A stretch of DNA of 64,000 bases, taken from positions 496,001 through 560,000 of the forward strand of contig OZ237753.1 in the NCBI GenBank assembly GCA_965178125.1. Reading direction: 5' to 3'. Positions within the stretch are counted from its first letter, which is position 1. Each line of letters opens with the position of its first letter. Source of the DNA: Bilabrum cf. latius (Eukaryota). A program made the translations under genes and the position numbers. Positions 1 through 11,377 of the stretch are shown here, in pieces. Under the pieces are notes generated by a model, which saw nothing but the letters and a program-made list of their open reading frames with translations, made no database searches and was not told the origin of the DNA.

Positions 1-223
1 CCAGTGGCTCCCACCCAAACACCCCGACCCCCAGCCCAACCCTATGCCAGAGCCCAGAGCCGCCCCCCCGTCTCGTGATTTTCCCTTCCTTGCCTACTCT
101 CGAGCACGCAGACAATAATGCCCAGTACTTGGAAACACCATTGAAATATGTACACGGCTTCACCCTCTGGTACCTGATACCACGCTAGCTCCAATCACTG
201 GTCTTGGATCCAACCGGACAGGC

Positions 224-811
224 TCACCCGAGCTTCTCGATGTCCGCCATGATCGTCTCGGGCGTATCCCGCGCGCCATATGCCTTCACGAACTTGCCAT
301 CCTTGGTGTACAGGTACTTGCAAAAGTTCCAGGATGGCTCCACCCCGCTGTCCTTAACGAGAGTTGCGAACAACGACGACTGCGCGCTTCCCTTCACGTC
401 GGCTTTGGCAAGCAGAGGGAACACTTCCTCGGGCTTCTTTCCTACGTATTTGCTCGCGAATGCGAGGATCTCCTCGTTGCTACCGGGCTCCTGTTTTCCA
501 AACTGGTTGCAAGGCTGACCGATCACCGTGGCCTTGCCGCCGTCCTGGATAGTTTGCAGGCCGACGTAGTGGGGCGTGAATCCGCACCTGCAAGTGCATA
601 ATTTAGTCAATGACTCCCATGATTCACATCTGCTTACATGCAGCCCAGGTGTTCTTACAAAAGGCACCGGCGGACACGGCACATGTCAATCTCACTTGCT
701 TGCCACATTTGTCACCAAGACTGGTTTGTCACCGGCCAGCTCGCCAATCGTAGCCTCTGAGCCGTCAATTTTCGCTACCTTAATGTCCCTAACAGTTCCA
801 GCTCCTGCCAT
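224..811 (-). CDS. GPX: Glutathione peroxidase family protein, Cys-type (~159 aa, 2 exons: 811-696, 587-224)
   Basis: Removing a GTGAG...TTGCAG intron (588-695) gives VLVTNVASKCGFTPHY, followed by PCNQFGKQEPG and SWNFCKYL, the three GPx signature motifs. Ends in TGA. Confidence 0.9.
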
Positions 812-1125
812 TATCGGTTCGAAAATGAGATGTGACGTGGCAGTTGCACATGCAAGCTGTGAGGCATTGGATGCCGATCGGAGCGAATACTTCCGGAAAG
901 TCGGCGTGCGTGGTGAGAGAGCATGATCAATGAATGTTGCTTGGCTCATACATGATCGTAGTGCGTCACCATGGCGACTATGGCAGGCGCAATCCAAGCT
1001 GACGGCACCACCAACCCTCGCAGGCAACCACTTGGTGGCCTAGAGAGCTGGGAATTGCAAGCGTTGTTAGTCTACCCCATCTTAGTTCGTTCAGCCGCAG
1101 TGATTTCAGCCCGAGCCAATGCTGC

Positions 1126-2005
1126 TCAGAAATCCAGGCAGTTACCCAGGCTCCTGCCCTGCTTCTCGAGCGTCAGGCAGTACCACCCCAGTGCCCCCTT
1201 GGAGAAATTGTTCGGGGGCCGACCGCACTCGACCGTGTCTCTGGCGAACGCCCCAGACACGTTGTATCCATGGTACTGCATGTAGTAGCTCCCAGAGAAC
1301 TCCCCCGTCCGGTCGCAACCAGCCTCACAGTGCATGTCCATGACAAGGGGCAGTCCGGACGGGTGCGGCGTGGTCAGCATGCGACGCACGTTGCTCAGGC
1401 GCTCCGGGAGCTGGTCAATGGCCCACAGCACGTCCGTGTTGTTGACGAGATAGTCCCGGATGTCGGCTGGGGTGTCCTGCGAGCAAGAATCCGAGCATGT
1501 GCGGCTGAAGATGCACGGCGCTGTGAAGGGAGAACTGGTGATTCGCAACCCAGAACAACGCCAAAACGTCAGTGATATCACAATACATCGGTAGAGGGAG
1601 GCCGTGTTAACTCCTAAAACTCACTTCAGGTGGCAGCAGGGCTCCGACAAGGAGGTACTCCGTGAGGTTAGCGTTCGGGGGGTTCTTCGCAAAGTAGTCG
1701 AGCTCAAGGTAGTAGTCAGCCTCAAACGGATTGTCGAAAGAGATATCTAGGAAGAAAAATTCTGATGGCAGCGAAAGTCCAGCTTCTTGGGCCCTTTTCG
1801 CCATGAACTAGTCCAGCTCCTGTCGTGCAAACGTGTCATTCACCCTCGGGAAGTTGCTCCTGAACAGAAAATTGGTAATGCCAGCGCTAACGTTGTAGTG
1901 ATCAACTAGGTGCGTCCGGCTGTACTCTAGATTCTCGGCCGATGCCTACTTTGTTGCGGTAGCAAGCACCAAACCTGCTGCAACTATTCCTGGCAAATTT
2001 TGCAT
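1126..2005 (-). CDS. Secreted protein-tyrosine/dual-specificity phosphatase-like protein (~243 aa, 2 exons: 2005-1625, 1476-1126)
   Basis: Hydrophobic signal-like N-terminus MQNLPGIVAAGLVLATAT. Two in-frame TAG (1946, 1808). Phase-0 GTGAG...CGCAG intron at 1477-1624. CX5R loop HCEAGCDRTG near 1305-1335. Ends in TGA. Confidence 0.7.
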
Positions 2006-2248
2006 CTGCGATCGTTCCAAAGGTCACTCTGAATGTCGCCGGTCGATCAGCAAAGAATTAAGTCGCAGATTAAGCAGTAGATATACTTATTCTCTTACAA
2101 TACTGTTCGTGGATAGGTATAAGCGATGTGATTTGAGACTTCATGCCATATCACATCTTCATCTTTGATATTATGCAACACTCGTCATCCACCTGCCACG
2201 TCTCGAAAAAGCAATCTATCCAGTTATTTTGGCAGCAGAACTACTACT

Positions 2249-3451
2249 ATGGCTGCAGGTCGCGTTCTTGCATCCTCATAGAGACTCGCAAGCTAGGTGA
2301 AGGGCTGCCGCTACGCGTTTGGCCTCACTGGAGGCATCGCAAGCGGCAAGAGCCACGCACGTCGTGTGCTTGGTGCACTTGGTGCTTTCTCCGTTGACGT
2401 CGACAAGATTGCCTGGTCCGTGTACGAGAGAGGTAATCCGGCGTTTGATGACATTGTCAAGTCACCAACCTTCGGCAAGTCTGTGCTAGGAGAGGATGGC
2501 AGGATCGATCGACAGAAACTAGGATCCAAGGTGTTTGTCAGCGACACCGCCCCCATGGAAGAACTAAACCAAATTGTGTGGCCGCGAATCCCGCTTATAG
2601 TGCGAAATCACCTGCAAGGAGCGATCAACAGAGACGACCATCGCAGGGTCGTGGTTATGTCCGAGGAATGGCAAGAATGGGCGGAAGACGCTGGTGACGT
2701 GCCGGCCGAGTTCGCGCGGCTTTGCTCCTTGATCGACGATTCTATCGCAGTGGCAACAAGCACTCGAGAATCAGAGCAGGAAAAGCTGGAGGCTGAGGCA
2801 GCGGAGTCGGAATCAGACGAGAGCAACGGGGGGGAGAGGGACGAACAATCGGTCGTGCGACCGAGCATCCTCAATCCGGTCGAGAGGCAGCTGCGAGCCG
2901 AGGCAAAAGCAATGGCGGCGAAGCGCCAATTCCTGGCGGATGAGGTGGAGGCCATGAACGACCCGGAATCGTCCAGCAACTTCAGCCTCATGTCAACGCC
3001 CACGACGCCAGACGTCCCAATGCTCGAGCTGGTGGAGCTGCCTGGGGCCGTGGCCGTGATCGAGGCCGCGGTGATGGTGGAGGCGGGCTGGCACGGTGCC
3101 ATGCAGGAGGTGTGGCTGTGCGAGGTAGACGAGGGCGAGGCGGTCAGGCGGGTGGTGGAGAGAGACGGGGTCGAGGAGGAGGAGGCGAGGGCGAGGCTGG
3201 GCAAGCAGGCCACCGCGGGGGACAGGCAGAGGGTGGCGAGCGTGGTGATCGACACCACGGGGTCACAGCGGGTCACCAGGTGGATGCTACTCCGAGAGTG
3301 GACCGCTCTGGTGAGAAGACTGCAGGCTCAGGACGCAGCAGCAGCAGCAGCAACGAGTGAGGACGAGTTGGACGCGGAGGGGGACTAGAAGGAGGGGGGA
3401 TAGGGTAGTGACGATGATGCGGTTGGTGTTCATAATGAAGGCCGATAGTAA
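2249..3451 (+). CDS. coaE: Dephospho-CoA kinase (CoaE/DPCK) with a long acidic insertion (~400 aa)
   Basis: P-loop GLTGGIASGKS, plus DVDKIA, GRIDRQKLGSKVF, LNQIVWPRI, IEAAVMVEAGW and RVVERDG motifs. ATG 2249 is reached through two TAGs. The C-terminus reads through three TAGs to TAA at 3449-3451. Confidence 0.85.
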
Positions 3452-3640
3452 ATGAATAATAACCAGCACGCCCGAACCTGCCAAGCCACCAGCTGCAGCC
3501 GCAGTACAGTGACTTGGTTCCGCCCCTCCGAGCAGCGAGCAAGCCCTCGTAGACCAATAACGTGGTGCACATAGGTGAGTGCATCGTTTTGAGTGGAAGT
3601 GCTTTGGCCTTTTCTTTGCTTCCTCCCTCCCTCAGCCGCA

Positions 3641-4583
3641 TCAGTTCCCCCCGTTGGGCCGGAACACGGAGCCCTTCATCGATATCGCCTTCTTGTGCTC
3701 CGGAGGACGGTGCGGTGACCCGAACACGCCCTCGCCTACCATTGATGAGGCCCTGGTGTGCGTACCCAGATCAATTTGAATGGGGCCGGAACCGTTGGGG
3801 TTGAACTTCTTCCCAGTCTCGTAGATTTCCTTGGCCGTGCGGTGGTCTCGGAGCCTGTCGAACTGCGTGCTCCTCGCAAACTGCCTCTGGCGGCGTAAAG
3901 GGGATGAAGGTCCGCTCCCTGATAGAGCCATGCTTCCAGCAACTCGGATGGGCGAGTGGGCAAGCCGCGGGCTGCTCCGATGGGATCCCGGTAATGACCC
4001 CGCCGGCCCCTCGGCTTGCTTGCTCTCATCGTGCTCGCTGGAGGCCTCCGAAGTTCCAATACGACCGGTGCTCCTCATCGGTGAAGTAGCAATACCATGC
4101 GTCTGTGACAGGTCCGACTCTATAATCTTCAGCTCTTTTCGCACTCTGCCCCTGTACTGCTCGGTTCGAACCGGGTCTACAAACTCGTCGTAGCGCGTCG
4201 CGTCGCTGCTCCCAAATCCCTTCTTCCGGGTCTTACTTGGCTAAAGAACGCTATAGTACGTAGTTTTGGGGTCACGGTAGGGCCCTTCGTTATGCTTTGG
4301 CCGTTCGCCGAAGTATCTGGAACCCACAGCTGCCTCCTTCTTGGGAGGGATCGTGTACATTCCCTTTCCTTTGCACTTCGCGGGGATTTCCTTCCACGGC
4401 TCAGCGTACTTCTCAGTCGATGCTACATACGCTACTTTTGCTGCGGTTCAAGAGGATGGATGGCGTCGCCGAGCTGGAGTGGCCGGTAGAAATGCCAACC
4501 GACATAGAGCAGCCAGAATCAACGACAATCATACCTTCTTTTTCCTATCCAGGCACCATAAACTGGGAGTAAATTTCTGGCAT
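3641..4583 (-). CDS. Conserved-looking hypothetical protein (~282 aa, 2 exons: 4583-4535, 4440-3641)
   Basis: A phase-1 GTATG...CGCAG intron (4441-4534) joins the frames. Two in-frame TAG. The motif KKGFGSSDATRYDEFVDPVRTEQYR resembles a motif I recall from uncharacterised flagellate proteins (unverified). Ends in TGA. Confidence 0.55.
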
Positions 4584-4888
4584 GATTTTCACTTTGGTGG
4601 AGTACATCGTAGTGCACTAGATCGAGTATCGAGTCCAGATTTAGGAGCCGAGCACCGAAACCAGCATTCTGCATGTGATGAGTGAACGTACGAAGTTCTG
4701 GCTGTTGCATGTTCCAGCACCATGGAGTGACAAAGCCATTTCTTGCCCTCAAAAGTGGCACAAAGGCTTCCTCGGCGTCCTCAAATCGAAGGTGCTATAC
4801 AATTAGTTAGATTTTCTCGTCTCTGTGTGGATAATAGTCTCTCTGTGGTGAGGTCGCCACCAACGAACACCCCGTCGGCACTAAAAGC

Positions 4889-7800
4889 ATGGTCGTAATG
4901 CCGCCAAAGATTGGCAACAAGTAGATGAATGAAGCACATAAAGCTCCTTCATGGAAGGTGTGCGGGCTGCATCCATGTTGGTGGGGTGCTGCTGTGCTCC
5001 TGGTGTGTCTGGCGGCGACAGCAGCGATCGCGGTCAGTGCGCGTATGAACGAGAGGGATGACAGCTACCAAAAGTTCGAAGACCGCGCAAGGCTCCGAGT
5101 AAATGCGTTGGCACAAGCATTCTACAGCCACTTCCCAGAGCTAGCAGGTCTTCGAGCAGCCCTGGAAGGGGCTGCAACGAGCACTGAATATCTCGGGTCG
5201 CGCAACCTTGCTGGCGAGGCTGTCGCAGACCAAATCGTCGCAGCAAACACAGGCAGAGTTTCTGGTGTTGGATATAGTGTCGAAATAGACCGAGTGCATA
5301 TCTCAGCGATGCAGGCAATCTTGGATAGTGTGTACTAGTCCAACTTGAACCGACAGCAAGGCGCCGAACTGCTCTCGTTTGGACCAACGGGACTAATGCC
5401 CCTCTCACAGGCAAACCAGTCTGAAGTAACCCCGAGAAGAAGCTACCCGCTTGTCCTATTCGGAGACTACAACGATACCACGGTGAGTGGTCTCGGTCTG
5501 GACCTTGCGACCAACTCTGCGAGGTACTAGGCTATCCAGACGGCGAGCACATTCCAGACGATCGCGATGACGGAGCCGCTGATACTGGTGAGCAGGGGCA
5601 AGCAAGTCAGAGGCGTCCTGGTGACCGCCCCTGTGTACTCTAACACCGGCCTGGAGCCAGGCGGTGGCCCTACAAAGCTGCCTCCCAACACAAACCTGGC
5701 CGAGCTTGCCGGCGATGTGGCCCCCGGGATCAACCGTGTGACGAGTCCACAGGAAGTGGTGCAGCAGGAGCAGTACACTCACAACGCGAGCGACGCCTGT
5801 GGGGAGGCCTTCAGGGCCGTGTGCCTGCCCTTCACCTCTGCAGAGGACGCGCTGGCGGCCTACAACCAGAGCCTCATCGATGTGCAAGAGGGGAGGAGGG
5901 AGCACCCCCTGGAGCCGTGCAGCAGCAGATGCGTGAACGGGCATCTCATGCGCGGCCATGTGCTGTCCATCTTCTTTTTCGCCGCGATATCGAATCAGGC
6001 AGAGCTGGTGCGGGACGCCGACTCCCCCGTGGCCATCTACAGCGAGGACGTGACCGACCTAGTGAGCGAGGCCCAGGAGAGGCTGAGCGACGGAGCGGGT
6101 AGACTCAACGGACGAACGGAGAGGCCATACGACGGGTATGCGTATGCCGCAGCGACGCAGGGCTTCTAGGATCTGGCCAACTCGCCCCTCTTTGACTTGT
6201 TCTCTGTCGGCACGGAGGCAGTGCCTCGCCACAGCGTCCCTGCAGGGCTGGGTCAGTTCCAGTACGCCCTCAATGACGTGCGCGAGGTGGATGACCCGGC
6301 CTCTGATGAGGCCCAGGAGCGGGTGCTGAGCTTCGTCAAGGAGCGTGCCACGAGGAGCTCGCGGGAGGTGCTGGGGTACCTCGTGCCAGTGGGCAACCGG
6401 GTGTGGTCCATCCACGTGGCGATCACTGATGAGTTCTTCGAGAATCAGGGAAGGAACGCGATCTTGGCTCCGTTGCTGGCGGGAGGTCTTGTGTCCATTG
6501 CCATCACTGCGCTTGTTGGCATGGCATTCTGGCAGCAACGGTCACAGGAGCTCAGGGACTACCAGGCCAGGGCAGAGCAGCAGGGGCGGTTTGAGGCAGC
6601 ACAAAAGGCCCACCAGATCCTCGTGTCTTTCGTGGTGCACGAGCAGCGCAATCCCCTGCACCTGTGCAGCGGCAGCCTGGGTATGCTGAGGGAGGCCTCG
6701 GCCAGCGCGGGTGAGGCTGCTGAACAGGCCCTTGCTGTGCTGGAGGGGGCCCTGATCGAGAACCGGACCGCAGCCGAGCAGTGCACACAAGCAGCTGAGC
6801 GGCTGATGCTGGCGGCATAGATGGAGGAGGGTCCGGATGCCAGCGATGCAGACAAAGCATCTGCAGCAGCCGGGGCAGAGACAAAGCCCCTCAGCTCCAG
6901 CAGCGGTGCAGCAGCTGCACGCACCCAGGAACAGCTCAAGGCCCTGCAGACCCTTGGCTCTGCCACCAGGAAACTCACTGCCGGGGCACAGCAGCTGGAG
7001 GACGCGAAGCACCTGGTCGGAGCGGCCCACAGCCAGATCCGGGCGGGCGGGGGCGACATGGACGTCATCCACCAGGGTACAGAGACCCTGCATCGGCTGG
7101 TGAACGACCTGCTCGACCTCAGCAGGCTGCAGCAAGGCAAGCTGCCCATCTCGCCCGCACCCATGGACCCCCGCAGGCTGATCGTGGCAGTATCTTCCAG
7201 CCACCAGTCGTTCGCAGAAGTGCCTCTTCGGTTCCACGTGGCTGCCTCTGTGCCCCCCGTGGTGCTCGCAGACGAGCTGAGGATCACGCAGATCCTTGCC
7301 AACGGCCTGACGAACGCGGCCAAGTTTTGCAAGAGCGGGTACATCATGGTGGACCTGCAGGTGAGGCTGAGACCCATGAGCAGACATATCGTGGAGGAAG
7401 AAATCAGGTCCAGCAGGTGGGCCCGCATGTACGATAGCGACGAGTAGAAAGGCACGGACCTGGCGGGACGCTCCTCCAATTGGAAGTCACACGGGCACTT
7501 CAAGATGATCCAGTGGGCAATCGAGCAAGAGGCCAAGGTCATGCAGGGAGAGGAATCCGCCGATGGAGGTCCGAAGCAGTTCGAGCAGAAGCAGGGCGAG
7601 GAGACGAGATGGGCTCTGGGGATTGGCATGGAGCCAGCGGAGGCAGGTGGCCAGACTACCGGGTGCCTTGGCAACGAGGACACGGTGAAGCACGCAGGCT
7701 CTAGCCACCTTTCTCGTCTTGAGGCTATTCGCAAGGAGCAGTTGTCCGCATGCACCGAGCTGTGCGGTGGATCTGAGGAGGTGGGCGCAGAGCTCCTGCA

Positions 7801-10800
7801 AGCGATCGAGCGCGCCAGGGCCAGGAAGCCATCTGCCCTGGCTGCCCCCGTGCTGCGTGGAGTCAAGCAGGTCTTTGCCGAGCGGGACTAGCGGCCGCTG
7901 GGAGGTCCTGTGGCTGGGGCCATGGCGGCCATTCCCAGCATCGTGGACCGCGTGCTGCCGCCAAGCGCACTGCTCAGCGGGTTCTCCACGGTCCACGCTG
8001 GCTCTCGAAGGAACACGAGGAGGACCAGCAAGCAAGGCGCTGATGGCCAGGAGGGCCTAGAGCGTATGCTGGCTCTCGAGACGGACACGCTTGCGGCACG
8101 GACGCTGCGTCCTATGACCACCAACTCCATCGAGATTCATGGCAACAGCAACAACACAGGTCACTCCTCCGCGCCATCAGACTCCTCCATGACCAAGGGT
8201 AGCAAAGAGGAAGTACGTTCGGCTTCTCAGCAGCTACCTCCTCTCCTTGCCCCCATGCTAGTGTTCAGGGTGATCGACACAGGGAAGGGGCTCGGGGGCT
8301 CGGGGCCTGGGCGGCACAAGCTGTTTTCGGCGTTTGTCACGGGCGATGCATCCAGCAAGGGTAGCGGTGGCAAGGGGGGGACAAGCGGAGGCAGCACCGG
8401 GGACAGCGACTCGGACGAGCTGGGTGAGAGCTTTGAGTCGGAGAGCCCAGGTCCCCAGGCAGCCGGGCGAGCTTCTCGAGAAGCGAGCGGGCACGTGCCA
8501 TTTAAGCCGTCAGCCCCTGACGGCAGCGCCAGCTCAGTGGCCAAGTAGAAGGGCTCTGGGCTAGGCCTGGCCATGGCGGAGGAGCTGACCAAGCAGATGG
8601 GCGGGGCCATCGAGCTGAGGACGGAGAAGAGGAGGAAGAGGACCGTGCTGGAGGTGGCGCTGCCGCTGCGGCCCCCATGGCGCGTGGTCCGAAGGATGGA
8701 GGCAGGGGCGGTGAGCAAGCTGCCCAGGGATGCCAGCGCAATGTGGGAGCAGCGACTGCAGGTGGAGATGCAGGCGCTGAACCGCGCCATCACCCGGCTG
8801 TCTGCAGGAGACACGGACGGCGCTCTCGAGGAGTGCACGGCGAGAAGGATCAGCAGCGAGACATGGGGCACAGACAGCGGGCCTGTGTCCATGCCTGCAG
8901 CTGATGTATCTGAGCAGGACGTGCAGCAAGCTAGTAGTCACCACGGAGCTAGCACTAGCACAGGGGGTGCTGCTCACGGTCGCGGGAGCCCCTCCGCCTA
9001 GACACTGAAGGAGACAGACCAGCCGGTAGTGCCGCCCCTCTCTGCGGCACTGAATCCGGGATCCGCCCGCACCATCGCGAGCGCAAGGGGGTACCCGGAC
9101 GCTACACAAGGCAACGAGGAGTCGTCAGGCTTTGTCCCTAGCTAGGATGGCTCGCCCGCAGCGCAAGGTCGCAACCTACCGGAAGGGATGTGCATGTCCT
9201 AGCGGTCACGGTCCACGAGCCATGCCTTTAACGGGCCCCGTTCGAACGACAGGCATCGCACTAGGAGGCAGCAAGCCGTTTTGCGTGCGCTGCAGCAAAT
9301 CTTAGAGGCGAAATAGGCGGGGCCTCGTGCTAGTGACACACTCAGCTTGCCTGTGGTTGCCGGTCGACCCCGAGAGATGACTGCAGATCTTCATGAGGAT
9401 CACACGCACGCCCCCAAGGTATCCACGCTAGAGGCTGTCTTGATGCTGGAGAAAGCAAACCTCAGGTAGCTGCTCGTGCACATGCGATCGCTTAGCGGTC
9501 GGTTTGGCGGGCTTGAGGGCTCAGGTCCAGCGCGAGGCAGCCAGTTGCTCGCAAGAGAACGCACCAGCAGCCTCGTGAATCTCTCGATCCCACATGGCAA
9601 CACCAACGCTGGAAATGGTGCTGATCCATCGCGAGAACGAGACTTCTCCGCCTCATCAGCATTAAGTCGCAGCTAGGGAGATGAGATGGCCGCTTCTGAT
9701 AGCACCTAGGCTGGCCTGAGGGCAGCAGGCCGATGGTCGGACCGCATGCAGAGGGCTTAGGCACAGGCATCCATGCGGAGGGACGAGCGGCTGGACAAGA
9801 TGCCGGCCAGGGGTTTGCTGAGGCGCGTGGATCACGCTCGTGCCGCTGCCACGGACGGCAAGAGTGACTCCAGGTCTCAATCCGCTGCTGCAGTGGACCC
9901 AGGCAGCAAGAAGGTGAAAGGCACCAGCAAAGGCGGCATGTCCAAGGACAATTGGTCTTCGTCCACCAACAGCACTGGCTAGCTTCACGGACAAATCCTG
10001 CTAACAGACTTGACAGCAGGCGCGCTGCCGGAGCCGGACGAGGCAGATGCCGCGGACGAATCATCCGACCCGGTAGAACGAATGCGGCTGAATAAAGGGA
10101 AGAAGTCCAGCCGGGTCATGCCAAATGTGCCATTGTCAGCGTCCATCACTGATGAGGCCAGCCCCCTCACCCCAATGGCAGCATCTCCCTCTAATGCTCC
10201 GATGCCGGCAGATAAACAGTCTTCGTCCATGTCCAAGCAACTGAGGGAGGCCTTCAGGAGGGGTCTATCCGGAGGAAGCACCAGCACGCACTCTAGCAGC
10301 AGAGGCAGGACAGCCTCCGACATGACGACTGCAATGGGAGGCGTGCAATCGTCCACTGCTACACAACGGGGGCAGCCCTCCCGCAGCTCTGCCGGCACCG
10401 TGCCAGCTGCTCCCCCGATGCCACCGTCCCACGCCCAGGGCCCACTCTCTGGTCTGCACGTGCTGCTGGTGGACGATGAGCGCGCCCTCAGACGAATGGC
10501 CTCCCGCATGTTGCAGCGGCTCGGTGCGACCTCGGAGGAGCTGGAGGACGGGCAGGAGTGCGAGGCTGTGCTGAAGGGCAGGGGGCAGCTGGCAAGCAAA
10601 CATTCTGCTCACCGTGCAGCAAGCTCCGGCCGTTAGTTCGACTTGGTCCTGATGGACATCGTGATGGTGCATTCCAGGGGCACGGACGTGTGCAAGCACC
10701 TCCTTGAGCTGGGATGCAGGGTGCCCATCTTCGCCATGACGGCCAACCACGATGCTTGGAACCTGCCGGAGTACAGAGCTGCCGGCTTCTACGGTCTGCT

Positions 10801-11227
10801 GGCGAAGCCGTACTCGCAGAAGCAGCTCTCAGGCAAGCTGAGCACGCTGGTCAGGAGCGGTGTCGTGGACGCGGTGAGACAGGAACAGATGCGCTGGGCC
10901 CAGGGAGGCGCGGCAACACGTGCTCGGCCAGTGGACGAGCTGTGGCGCCGGAAAGACAGGCAGCTGTACCCCGAAGCGCCTGCTGAATCCACGGATGCGA
11001 CTGGGTCTGACCAGCCGCATTCGCTCAGCGTCGTGCCAGAGGCCGGTAGCGTGGAACCGGGTGCAGCATCCAGTCGAGGCAAGCACTCGGGGGAGCAGAT
11101 AAGCGTCAGCCCGGCCATGAAGGGGTCCATCGGAATCGAGGTGATGTCATCATCTTCCGGCGCGGGAGGCGCTGCCGCAGGTGGCAGGCGAAAGCGCAGG
11201 GTAGTCAAGAAGAAGTCCAAGGGGTGA
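4889..11227 (+). CDS. Membrane-bound hybrid sensor histidine kinase, copy 1 (TM-CHASE-TM-HisKA-HATPase-REC, ~2112 aa, intronless)
   Basis: All ORF pieces are in one frame, separated only by TAG (about 18), with a final TGA. TM WWGAAVLLVCLAATAAIAV. CHASE-like LGLDLATNSARYqAIQTA...TEPLILV...APVY and VGNRVWSI. H-box FVVHEQRNPLH, N-box DELRITQILANGLTNAAKF, G1 VIDTGKGL, G2 GSGLGLAM. Receiver LLVDDE...FDLVLMDIVM...AMTAN...AKPY. Confidence 0.92.
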
Positions 11228-11377
11228 GTCGCTCGGGATATTAATTTGAATATCGCGAGGACTTGCGTTCCATGGTGGCAATCGACATGCTACGCGTTGC
11301 GCCTATCTTTGTCTTGTTTGAAATATAATTTGCTTGACCATCAGACTAGATCTACTCGGTATAAATTCCAGAGCGAC

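Noticed and set aside
692-694. TGA directly after NVASK in GPx, suggesting selenocysteine
   Set aside because: The TGA is part of the GTGAG splice donor. Splicing to the acceptor at 588 gives AAG TGC GGA (K-C-G), a Cys enzyme.
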